A stretch of 64,000 nt of DNA from Lentisphaerae bacterium GWF2_38_69 (GCA_001803205.1 MHBE01000031.1:15238-79237); one strand, 5' to 3'; numbered from the stretch's first letter, positions 38,853 through 47,491 are shown. Notes: generated from the letters alone by a model not told the origin. Numbers and translations: made by a program.

Positions 38853-39527
38853 ATGTTTTTTAATTTTAAACAGAGTTGGAAGATGATGGATGCAAAAAAT
38901 TACAGCGCAGAAGAGGAACGGATTAATTTTCTTACTCATGCTTTCGGAAGCATTCTGAGCATATTCGGCTTCATAAACTTCTTTGTCGTAGGTTATGGAA
39001 AAGGCAATCTGAAAGACTTTATCGGATTGCTTGTTTTTGGAATATCACTTTTTCTGCTCTATTTTTTTTCTGCTCTTTATCACTTTGTTAAGAAGCCTGA
39101 AACCAAACAGTTTTTCAGGAAACTGGATCATTCGGCAATTTTTATTCTTATAGCAGGCAGCTACACGCCTCTCATGCTAATGACCCTTCATCCGGCTTTG
39201 GGAGTTTCCATGATAATAATTTGCTGGATTCTTGCGGCAGTTGGGATTCTTTCTGAGTTCTATCCTATCTTTAAATCAAGAAAGTGGGCGATTGTCCTAT
39301 ATCTGGTGATGGGCTGGATGGCAGTATTTGTGATAAAACCAATTATAGAAAGTGTTTCCCTTCTAAACCTGGTTCTTATTGTCGCAGGAGGCGTAATTTA
39401 TACCTTGGGAGTTATTTTTTATGTAAGACGGAAAATGTATCACAATCATGGCATCTGGCACTTTTTTGTTCTGGGAGGAAGCATCTGCCATTATTTTGCA
39501 TTTCTTGGAATTTTCATAAATGGCTGA
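38853..39527 (+). CDS. Hemolysin III / PAQR-family membrane protein
   Basis: 7-TM protein with SALYH...LDHSAIF...HFFVLGGS motifs. The start may be one of the downstream Met codons (MMDAK...). Confidence 0.85.
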   Translation: MFFNFKQSWKMMDAKNYSAEEERINFLTHAFGSILSIFGFINFFVVGYGKGNLKDFIGLLVFGISLFLLYFFSALYHFVKKPETKQFFRKLDHSAIFILIAGSYTPLMLMTLHPALGVSMIIICWILAAVGILSEFYPIFKSRKWAIVLYLVMGWMAVFVIKPIIESVSLLNLVLIVAGGVIYTLGVIFYVRRKMYHNHGIWHFFVLGGSICHYFAFLGIFING

Positions 39528-39565
39528 TAGTTTATATTTGAAATAAAACACAAATAAACCGATTT

Positions 39566-39877
39566 ATGACAGACGATTGGATAGATATTCAGAAAAATAA
39601 ATCTCATATCGAAAGGGAGAAGAAAAAGGCTGCTGAAATGCGGAAAAGCAACTGGTGGCAGAATCTTCTTCAGAAGGGAATATGTCACTATTGCCGAAAG
39701 AAATTTACGCCCGAAGAGTTAACCATGGATCATGTAGTTCCTCTCTCAAGAGGAGGCAAAAGCTCCAGAGGTAATATTGTTCTATGCTGTAAGGAGTGTA
39801 ATAATAACAAAAAATACCTTACTCCTGTCGAACTTATATTAAAAGAGCTCGAGAAAAATTATAATAGGCAGGAATAA
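39566..39877 (+). CDS. Small stand-alone HNH endonuclease-domain protein
   Basis: 103 aa with CHYC...MDHVVPLSRGG...GNIVLCCKECNNNK (HNH with CxxC zinc knuckles). Confidence 0.8.
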   Translation: MTDDWIDIQKNKSHIEREKKKAAEMRKSNWWQNLLQKGICHYCRKKFTPEELTMDHVVPLSRGGKSSRGNIVLCCKECNNNKKYLTPVELILKELEKNYNRQE

Positions 39878-39916
39878 TCTGGTATAAGAGTATTAATCAC
39901 GAAAGATATTGCCTTC

Positions 39917-42715
39917 TCAATCTTCCAAATACATTATGTCCTGGATATAGAAAGAATCAGGATGAGTCTCGTCATACTTTACACGGGCAAGAATTTTTTG
40001 AGAGGATGTAACTTCATCTGCGTTAATATCAAATCTTCCTTTTTTTACATTAACTTCCTGATTGCTCTTGTAAATGCTGGCAGTACCCTCATCAGGACCT
40101 ATGTCCTTAAGCGTTTGGCCAACAGCTATTATCGTATATAAATCAGGAGTTTCAACTTTCGTCAGATTAATAAATTTTCCAATTAACTCTTCTTTTGAGG
40201 CATCGGTAGTTTGTCCTGACTGTGTGGTAAGTTCAGAAACCTCATTTACAATTTGAGCCCTTGTGACGAAAGGACTTCCTCCCGTGGTTCCGTTCTGATC
40301 GAGAACTTCTTGGGCTATGGTATTGGCAGTAGAGACAGAAATAGCTGAACCTCCGCTGGCAGGATCATTGCCTGTACTGCTTTTTATATTACTTCCAATT
40401 TTTATCTGATCAAATAGTGTTCTTAAGACTGAAACATTATCTGAATTCAAATTTATTTTCCCTAGAGTGGCAGAATTTGAGGTCATTTTTACCTGGTCAA
40501 GAATATTTGCATCGCCCAGGATGTATGTGCCTCCTCCCGCGCTAGGGCCAAAACCGTTTCCATCAGCTGCCTCATTGTATTTTTTCAGGTTTAGCGTCTG
40601 GAAGGCTTTTGCTCTGTGTATAAATCCCAGTTCCCACGGCGATTTCATAGGAGCATTGCGGATGAAGGCTGTGGAAATACCCGTAGGATCCGTAGCTGTT
40701 TCAAGATCGTAGGTAGTGCCATTAAAAATTGACCTGGCTAAAGTGTAGGAAGTGTTCACTGAACCTATTGTGGCGTTAGCTGCTGTCTGGCTTGAAGTCT
40801 GATTAAGGTTAGCAGTGGAAGTCCCAGGCGTGCTGATCCAATCTTCCTGTTTTAGATTCTGCCTCGGGTCTTTTACCTGATAGTCTAAGGTTATGTATGC
40901 TGTATTAGTAGTATTGCTAGTACCGTTAACAGTAAAGAATGGAGTTTCAGGAGTAACGAGCATCGTAGGCATTTCTGAATAGTCGTAAAGTGTATTGCCA
41001 TCAGTGCTCATCAGTTTTATCTTCAAACTTTTAACAGTTACAGCCATTTTTATTCTGAGAGTTTTGACATTATTTACATTAATATTTGTCCCTTTGGTCT
41101 TTGTATCATTCAGACCAACTTGAAGCGGCGTTGCAGGAGAGATAGAATAATAGGTTTTTGAGCTAATAGAAGGAGTGTCGAATGAGACGGTAGTAGTGTC
41201 TGTTCCGGAAGTTCCAAACATATAAGTTGAAGTTCCGTACCAGAATTGATATGAGAAATCAGGTTCTACATAAATTTTGTAGACCCTTGAGTTAATTCCG
41301 TCATAGAGATTGACAAGCTCTACAGTTAGAGTGGGTGTAACATCGAAGTCGTATGTATATGGACTTGTCGATGTCCTCTTAATGACTGCTTTAAATTGAA
41401 TCATTACTTCGTTTATATACGGAACTTTTTCCAGGCCAAGATAGCCGGGGACAGATGGTGAATCAGTAGTAGGAATATCGTCAATATCGCAGTAATCAAT
41501 AAGATTTGCTATGATCTGGGGTTTTGTAGAATTAGGATCGTTCCACTCTATCAACCATTGTAAATAGTTCTGAGAATTTTTTGCAGCATTACCTATGGCA
41601 TTAACAGCAACTCCATTTGGATCCTGGCTAGATAAGGTATCCCAGTCCGTTCTGGAAAGGTTAAACCTTTCTTGCATTTCGCCTTGTTCTTTTATCAAAT
41701 CTTTATTTTCATCGATCCAGTATTTTTCATCATCAGGAGTGGAATTAACATAAAAAACCTTCTTAAAGTATTCTCTTATTGAGTCATTGTCCTGAGTTAT
41801 TCCGAGTGTACTGAAAAGCTGTTCATAATCTTCCCAGTCCCCAGCGCTGCCAGTATCCACCAATCCAGCCTGACTGCAGGTATTTACGCTCATTTTTGTA
41901 GGGTATTCTGCAGCAGGGGGGAAAGAATCCGCATCGTATTCTAAGCTCATAAGGCATAATTCATTAATATCCCTTCCAGGTCTGCCTGAGACATATGAAC
42001 CATCCGATGCTACAGAGCTATTGCCCCCACCGTAATTATCTTCAGAAGGAGGATTTTTATTGTATTCGGATGCATTATACCCTGAATCTATGACTGCCCA
42101 GGGATCTATTTTTCCTTTATCAGGGAGAACCACATAGGCAATTCTGCCAAAAATTTGTGTATCCGTATAGGTCTGATGCTGAGGGCTTTTAATATAAACC
42201 CAGGACAGAGCGGAAGTATCGCTAATATCGTAAGCTGTGTTAGACGGATAATCTACTGGAATCTCAAGATAAGTGATGCCATTGATTACAGTTGTAAGCT
42301 GTGATGCAAGATCATCTCCAAGAATAGCTCTTTTCTCGGCATCGGTCAGGGATGCGTCATTAGCGATATCTGCATCATGGCTTACAATTTCATTCATATT
42401 CTCCTGTGGGTCAGTAGACTTGTATTTCATATTAGCCATTGCCCTGTTAAAGGCTGTTTGAGCTAGAGCCCTGGCTATATTTATATCCTGAAAGTTGACT
42501 GCAGATTTCCTTTCAATCATGGAAGTTGTGACAAACGCTATCCCAACCATCAGAAGAAGCGCTGAAATACCGATGGCAAGAATTGTTGCCATTCCAGAGT
42601 TGTGGTTAGGGGATAGGGGACTGGGATTGGGGGAATGGGATTGTGTTTTGCGATTCATGAAAAAGAAAAAGCGAATTGTAGATTTTAGATTGCTGATTTT
42701 AGATTTCAAATTCAT
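39917..42715 (-). CDS. Giant GspK/PilX-like minor pseudopilin (arm 1)
   Basis: Leader ending ...NHNSG, then MATILAIGISALLLMVGIAFVTTS (GspK-type hydrophobic N-terminus with no Glu+5). GspK-like IIANLIDYCDIDD...YLGLEKVPYINE and ELGFIHRAKAF blocks. Paralogue of 47584..49740. 932 aa. Confidence 0.65.
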   Translation of the reverse strand: MNLKSKISNLKSTIRFFFFMNRKTQSHSPNPSPLSPNHNSGMATILAIGISALLLMVGIAFVTTSMIERKSAVNFQDINIARALAQTAFNRAMANMKYKSTDPQENMNEIVSHDADIANDASLTDAEKRAILGDDLASQLTTVINGITYLEIPVDYPSNTAYDISDTSALSWVYIKSPQHQTYTDTQIFGRIAYVVLPDKGKIDPWAVIDSGYNASEYNKNPPSEDNYGGGNSSVASDGSYVSGRPGRDINELCLMSLEYDADSFPPAAEYPTKMSVNTCSQAGLVDTGSAGDWEDYEQLFSTLGITQDNDSIREYFKKVFYVNSTPDDEKYWIDENKDLIKEQGEMQERFNLSRTDWDTLSSQDPNGVAVNAIGNAAKNSQNYLQWLIEWNDPNSTKPQIIANLIDYCDIDDIPTTDSPSVPGYLGLEKVPYINEVMIQFKAVIKRTSTSPYTYDFDVTPTLTVELVNLYDGINSRVYKIYVEPDFSYQFWYGTSTYMFGTSGTDTTTVSFDTPSISSKTYYSISPATPLQVGLNDTKTKGTNINVNNVKTLRIKMAVTVKSLKIKLMSTDGNTLYDYSEMPTMLVTPETPFFTVNGTSNTTNTAYITLDYQVKDPRQNLKQEDWISTPGTSTANLNQTSSQTAANATIGSVNTSYTLARSIFNGTTYDLETATDPTGISTAFIRNAPMKSPWELGFIHRAKAFQTLNLKKYNEAADGNGFGPSAGGGTYILGDANILDQVKMTSNSATLGKINLNSDNVSVLRTLFDQIKIGSNIKSSTGNDPASGGSAISVSTANTIAQEVLDQNGTTGGSPFVTRAQIVNEVSELTTQSGQTTDASKEELIGKFINLTKVETPDLYTIIAVGQTLKDIGPDEGTASIYKSNQEVNVKKGRFDINADEVTSSQKILARVKYDETHPDSFYIQDIMYLED

Positions 42716-42740
42716 AAAACAGTTAATAGTTGTCAGTTGC
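42671..42740 (-). repeat. 70-nt heptamer-periodic element spanning the arm-1 K-gene start codon
   Basis: Minus strand reads GCAACTG ACAACTA TTAACTG TTTTATG AATTTGA AATCTAA AATCAGC AATCTAA AATCTAC AATTCGC. 58/70 positions are identical to 47559..47628 by hand alignment. Confidence 0.8.
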
Positions 42741-42859
42741 TAGGTGATAGAATTATAATATGAAAAACTCTTTTTAAAACAAGGAACTACACAAAACAAC
42801 AATACTTTAACATAAAACCCAACACTCAAAATTTAACATTTGCCTTGCTCTCATTCTTC

Positions 42860-43723
42860 CTACTGCCCTCTGTCTCCGAGCAATACTGTCCTTGTAAAAG
42901 TAAGTTGCTTCGCTTCACGAAAATCCCTGGCTATTTCAGGCTCACCGGTATATTCAGGAGCGTGATATACGGTTGAACCGCATAGAGAAATCCATTTGTC
43001 CCATGAAGATTTATCCAATAGAGTCAGGTTAATAGTTACAGTTGTAGGGAATTGCGAAGCAGAGCAGGCGTTATTAGCTTTGGAGGTGGTCTGATCCGGC
43101 GGCAATACGCTGTTTGCGTCTGAATCGGTATCGCAAACAAAAGATACATCCAGCACATTCGGGATTAAATTCCGGTAATCCTGGGAAGAAGTCGAATTGG
43201 CGGTTAATGAAGCAGTAGGAACAGCCTCTGTCGTGTACCCTACTGTCAAGTTGTTCTGCCAGTTCCATCTTGTGTCAGTTTCGTCTTCATCTGTTATATT
43301 TCCAGTAATGCTTCTTCTTAGCCAGCCTTCATGCTCATCATTGTGATTAGCCGCATAATATAATTGGTACTTCAGTTCATATTTATTGGAAGTGCAATTG
43401 TTATTAGGCGGAATAGGAGAATAGGTGACAAACGCAAGAAGCTCATTGCTGAATTCATTCCAGTTAGCTCCCGGGGACATTTTTGCATGATGCCAGAAAG
43501 GGGCACTGGAATCTTCAGTCTTATATATTGCAGACTCCAAATCCCGTGTCATCAAATCTATGGCAATTCTTGCGTTTTCAAAAACCTCCTGCCTGGCATT
43601 TGTGATCGCCCAGGTATTCTGGTAGGATGAAAATAAAGTAAACGATACCGTTATGAGCAGTGACAGAATTGCCATGGACATAACAAGTTCAGTAAGTGTA
43701 AATAATGAAATTCTGCGAAGCAT
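42860..43723 (-). CDS. GspJ/PilW-like minor pseudopilin (arm 1)
   Basis: Class III signal-peptide core LFTLTELVMSMAILSLL, then QEVFENARIAIDLMTRDLESA, a GspJ-type helix. Paralogue of 46646..47491 (shared KYQLYYAA, SSQDY..LIP, FR....TF.R.V..G.RGQ). Confidence 0.7.
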   Translation of the reverse strand: MLRRISLFTLTELVMSMAILSLLITVSFTLFSSYQNTWAITNARQEVFENARIAIDLMTRDLESAIYKTEDSSAPFWHHAKMSPGANWNEFSNELLAFVTYSPIPPNNNCTSNKYELKYQLYYAANHNDEHEGWLRRSITGNITDEDETDTRWNWQNNLTVGYTTEAVPTASLTANSTSSQDYRNLIPNVLDVSFVCDTDSDANSVLPPDQTTSKANNACSASQFPTTVTINLTLLDKSSWDKWISLCGSTVYHAPEYTGEPEIARDFREAKQLTFTRTVLLGDRGQ

Positions 43724-43772
43724 TATAAAATTTTAAATATAGCACTCTGGATATCTCCAGAATGGTATTAAT

Positions 43773-45296
43773 TTATTTACTTATTTCTGACATATTATAG
43801 TATTCATTGTAAAATCTTAACTTTTGCCTCTTGCTGTAGTCCATCTGAGAGAGAGGCCAGCTGAGTTCGGCATTGACGCCTATTCCAGTTGAAATATTAC
43901 TGCTGCTGTCTGGATTTGGGGTAGGAGTTACTATCGGATCTGTTGTTCCATCATCTATAGAACCAATTGAAGGCAGTATCTGAATCTGCCATTGACCCAT
44001 TCCAGAATTATTTTTCCAGATTTTAACACTCAGGGCATTTGCGGTCTTTGAATTTATTTTTATATTTTTGCCATCAATTATTATATCTTGATTACCAACA
44101 TTTAATGTGGCATTGTCTCCATTCTTGGTTTTCATCTTCAGAGTATTGGCAGAAAATGTTTTGGAGTTTGGTGCTATATATTGAGCTTCATCTGGGTTAT
44201 TTCCTTTACTGATATTTTTCATCATATTTCTGTCCAGAATGACGCCCGTATCTGAACTTAATTCAAAAGCATAATCATTGTTAGTAGGTGAGATTCCAAT
44301 TCCCGTTACTGAAGTTTTTATTGAATCTGTTGGAACAGGATCAATATTGGTCAATATTACCAAATCCTGGTAGTCTTTGACAATACCATCAACATCAAAA
44401 AGATATATTATCTGGTCATTGGCGATGGCAATATTCTCTCCGTCATCATCCAGATATGGCTGAACTAAAGTCGCATTGGATTTCTGTCCATAATAGGGAG
44501 CATCAGTAGGTAGTGGAGACCCATTTTTTAAAGTATGAACCTTGCTTGTGTTTGTAGATAGCGATGAATAAGAAGTCCCTCCAAGGGTACCATAAGCTTC
44601 GCTGACAAAAGTTGTTCCAGCTGGAAGATTAGAGAGGTCAAATTCTCCTGAAGTACTTTCTACCGGAACATTTTGACCAAAAGGATATATTGTGTATTCA
44701 TTTTTGCCAGGTTCTTTAATTTTAACTCTAAAATATACATTATCTGGCCATTCAGAACCTATTGCTTTGAATTTGACATTTGCGTTAGATGTATTTGTAA
44801 CAGTTCCGCTTGTTATATTAAAAGCAGAAGGCTCTTCCGGAGGTGCTTGAGCAGTTCCAGGTTTCTTCAGTATATTTGAATTCATGCCAGGTGGAATGCT
44901 CTGCCAGACAACAAGCTGCGCTGAATAGTCTTCAGTGCTGGAGGTTGATTTGGATATTATATAGACACCGGGAACATTGGTGTCATAAATATCTGTAGAC
45001 ACCTTGTCTTGTTTTACTGCTTCTGTAATAACTGGCTGAGCTGAATTGTTCTGAGAAAAAAGATCACTGTATTCCGGGAGATCTGCCAAAGCACTGAAGT
45101 CCTTCTCTGAGAGATTCGCAAAGTAAGCCTTGGCATCTCCAGTAAAAATTCCTGCATAGTTCTCTCCAATAGCGTCTTTCTTTTCTTTAATTCCTGTTGG
45201 CATTAAAGTTACTACAGCAGTAGCCCCTATAGCAAGTATACCAACAGCAATTGCTACTTCCACCAGGGTAAAGAGTTTTATATTCAATGTCTTCAT
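43773..45296 (-). CDS. Oversized GspI/PilV-like minor pseudopilin (arm 1)
   Basis: N-terminus MKTLNIKLFTLVEVAIAVGILAIGATAVVTLMPTGIKEKKDA. The C-terminal GIGVNAELSWPL...RFYNEYY is shared with 45584..46645. 507 aa. SD gagg upstream. Confidence 0.55.
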   Translation of the reverse strand: MKTLNIKLFTLVEVAIAVGILAIGATAVVTLMPTGIKEKKDAIGENYAGIFTGDAKAYFANLSEKDFSALADLPEYSDLFSQNNSAQPVITEAVKQDKVSTDIYDTNVPGVYIISKSTSSTEDYSAQLVVWQSIPPGMNSNILKKPGTAQAPPEEPSAFNITSGTVTNTSNANVKFKAIGSEWPDNVYFRVKIKEPGKNEYTIYPFGQNVPVESTSGEFDLSNLPAGTTFVSEAYGTLGGTSYSSLSTNTSKVHTLKNGSPLPTDAPYYGQKSNATLVQPYLDDDGENIAIANDQIIYLFDVDGIVKDYQDLVILTNIDPVPTDSIKTSVTGIGISPTNNDYAFELSSDTGVILDRNMMKNISKGNNPDEAQYIAPNSKTFSANTLKMKTKNGDNATLNVGNQDIIIDGKNIKINSKTANALSVKIWKNNSGMGQWQIQILPSIGSIDDGTTDPIVTPTPNPDSSSNISTGIGVNAELSWPLSQMDYSKRQKLRFYNEYYNMSEISK

Positions 45297-45327
45297 GGCA
45301 GTGCCTCATTTTATCTTTATGTATATA

Positions 45328-45356
45328 ATTATAGCAAAATTTCACTAAAAAGACAA
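45328..45356 (-). promoter_or_regulatory. Putative sigma70-type promoter for arm 1 (minus strand)
   Basis: Minus strand reads TTGTCT - 17 nt - TGcTATAAT (extended -10), ending about 30 nt upstream of the arm-1 start codon. Confidence 0.35.
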
Positions 45357-45407
45357 TACCTTCAGGATATTATAAATAAAGCAGATATAGAATATATGTC
45401 GTGTTTA

Positions 45408-45425
45408 TTTCATATTAATATGGAA
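45408..45425. promoter_or_regulatory. Near-perfect 18-bp palindrome (core CATATTAATATG) between the two divergent promoters; candidate operator
   Basis: tttCATATTAATATGgaa. The 12-bp core is a perfect palindrome and two of the three flanking pairs also match. Confidence 0.25.
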
Positions 45426-45534
45426 CATGGCATAAATGCGAAATTGCGCTCATTAAGAGTTTTAATGTCCTTATTATATTTGACTTATTCTAAACCTTCC
45501 TGCGTAAATTATGTTTATTGTAAAATATCTAGTA

Positions 45535-45563
45535 TTGGAGAAACAAGGCGTTCGGGCTATAAT
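45535..45563 (+). promoter_or_regulatory. Putative sigma70-type promoter for arm 2 (plus strand)
   Basis: TTGGAG - 17 nt - TATAAT, ending 20 nt upstream of ATG 45584. Confidence 0.3.
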
Positions 45564-45583
45564 TTTCAAAAAATAGGCATGAT

Positions 45584-46645
45584 ATGAGATTGTTAAAATA
45601 TTTTTCACTTATAGAAATGACATTGGGCATATCGATACTTGTCGTAGGTGCCACATCTGCATTGTCATTAATACCTGTGGGAATTAAAGACTCTAATGAA
45701 TCCACCGGTAAAAATTATGCATCTGTCTCCAGCCAGAGTATATACTCATACATATTAGGGCAGGCAGAAAGGTCTGCAGCCAGTTTTTCTGACCTCAAAA
45801 ATAGTATTCCTACCGAGTATCCGACTAATTCGCTTGCTTATGATGATTCATTTACCTCATTAGGCAATAATATTTACCAATCAGGCAATATTTATGCAGT
45901 TAAATATTATACAGGCAACCGTTTGGACTTTAATGCCGAAGTCAAAATATGGCAAACGCCTGTTTATTACACCTATAGGAATCTCAATGGCACCAATGTC
46001 CCTTCTTTTTCAGGCGTTACTGATGCGCAAATTAGCGATCCAGAACCGGATCCGACCCCAGCCCCTGATCTTGTAATTACTAATACAAGAGATGCTACAT
46101 TTAATTTCCTGATTTATTTAAAAACTCTTGATGGAACACCGTCATGGTCACAATTAAGCTTGACAACTTCGGACACTTCCACTTACTTTATTCCTGCAAA
46201 TGCTCAAACTTATGACAATGTGACAAGTGTCTCTTATAAATTTGACCCGGGATCAGGATTTACCTATGGAGGCTCTACATATGGTACTATGGTTTTGAAT
46301 AGCACAGAACCAATTGAAATGGATACAGGTAATAACGGTTTTACTTATTTTCCAAATTCTAGTGATTGGGGTATTTTTCTGATTTATTTGGGATTTATGC
46401 CTCCAGATTGGAGCGGCGCTTCGCTTTCTCTATATGTAAATAATAACGGACCTGGACTAGGAACAGGCTATAATCCCCCTGCGCAAGTGGTTTATAGCGG
46501 CAATGGAAACATATACGATAAATCGTTATATTCTGAAAGCCCAGGAACAGGTATAGGAATCAATGTAGAAGTCAGCTGGCCTATTGAAAAGGTTTATGAG
46601 CAAAGACTCAAATACAAATATTATTTTGAAGTTTATAAACCGTAA
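45584..46645 (+). CDS. Oversized GspI/PilV-like minor pseudopilin (arm 2)
   Basis: MRLLKYFSLIEMTLGISILVVGATSALSLIPVGIKDSNES and C-terminal GIGINVEVSWPI...KYYFEVY. Paralogue of 43773..45296. 353 aa. Confidence 0.55.
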   Translation: MRLLKYFSLIEMTLGISILVVGATSALSLIPVGIKDSNESTGKNYASVSSQSIYSYILGQAERSAASFSDLKNSIPTEYPTNSLAYDDSFTSLGNNIYQSGNIYAVKYYTGNRLDFNAEVKIWQTPVYYTYRNLNGTNVPSFSGVTDAQISDPEPDPTPAPDLVITNTRDATFNFLIYLKTLDGTPSWSQLSLTTSDTSTYFIPANAQTYDNVTSVSYKFDPGSGFTYGGSTYGTMVLNSTEPIEMDTGNNGFTYFPNSSDWGIFLIYLGFMPPDWSGASLSLYVNNNGPGLGTGYNPPAQVVYSGNGNIYDKSLYSESPGTGIGINVEVSWPIEKVYEQRLKYKYYFEVYKP

Positions 46646-47491
46646 ATGGATATTCGCAGCCGCTTGAAAATTAGATACTTTTCTTTAATTGAACTTATTG
46701 CTGCCATGTCGATCTTCATTTTGTTTCTAACTGTTGCTTTTCAATTTGTCTCCACTACTCAAAATGCGATTAGCATCTCAGGAAAAAGAAGGGGGCTTAC
46801 TGAAGACGCCAGAATTGCGCTGGATATAATTGCAAGGGATCTCCAGAACTCATATTACGGTAACGAATCTGGTAATTATGCTCAATTTTGGCATTGGGGA
46901 CAAGATGAAAATGGAACTCCATTGAGGCCATCTGCCTGGGGCGAATACAGAAATGAGCTAATAGCTTTTATTTCCAATACGCCTATTCCTCCTGAAGACT
47001 GTACTTCAAAGCTTTGTGAAGTAAAATATCAGCTTTATTATGCCGCTTCTCATGACTCTAATGAAGGTTGGCTTATCAGAAGCGTCACTGGTGATATTGA
47101 TGGAGCGAAATGGAATTTTAAAGATAATCTAGAGGCTGGCTATAGTTCTTCAGCTTCAGCTTTTAGTGCTGACAACGCTTCATCCCAGGACTACCAGAAA
47201 TTAATTCCTCATGTCGTTGATTTAAGGTTTGATTGTTATGATATTGACGGAGACACAATTCGTGCGGATGATAATGTAACCACATCAGCCAGAGATATTC
47301 CTCCCGGTTCGTTCCCTTATTTAGTAAATATCACAATTACTCTTATGGATGATGAATCCTGGATGAAATGGAAAGAACTTTCAGGAACAGCTCCGTATCC
47401 TGATGATTCGGGGGCAGCCAAAACATTCAGAGAGAATAATCAGCAGACTTTCGTAAGAGCTGTTCACATAGGCAACAGGGGACAAAATTGA
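46646..47491 (+). CDS. GspJ/PilW-like minor pseudopilin (arm 2)
   Basis: MDIRSRLKIRYFSLIELIAAMSIFILFL...EDARIALDIIARDLQNS. Starts immediately after the stop codon of the I-like gene. Confidence 0.7.
   Translation: MDIRSRLKIRYFSLIELIAAMSIFILFLTVAFQFVSTTQNAISISGKRRGLTEDARIALDIIARDLQNSYYGNESGNYAQFWHWGQDENGTPLRPSAWGEYRNELIAFISNTPIPPEDCTSKLCEVKYQLYYAASHDSNEGWLIRSVTGDIDGAKWNFKDNLEAGYSSSASAFSADNASSQDYQKLIPHVVDLRFDCYDIDGDTIRADDNVTTSARDIPPGSFPYLVNITITLMDDESWMKWKELSGTAPYPDDSGAAKTFRENNQQTFVRAVHIGNRGQN

Noticed and set aside
38853-39527. Hemolysin III plus tlyA as a virulence or haemolysin locus
   Set aside because: The two genes are 18 kb apart. Both families are widespread housekeeping proteins (PAQR membrane protein, rRNA methyltransferase) whose haemolysin names are historical.
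42671-42712. Heptamer arrays as a possible CRISPR or minisatellite
   Set aside because: The units are 7 nt with no spacers, and only 6-10 copies are present. They lie in frame with a start codon. The arrays are not CRISPR-like and are treated as a cis-regulatory or leader element instead.
45396-45587. 63-aa ORF inside the divergent pseudopilin control region
   Set aside because: It has no SD. It overlaps both the central palindrome and the predicted plus-strand promoter, and runs into the start codon of the next gene. Its composition looks like translated AT-rich spacer. I kept it only as a caveat in the promoter finding.
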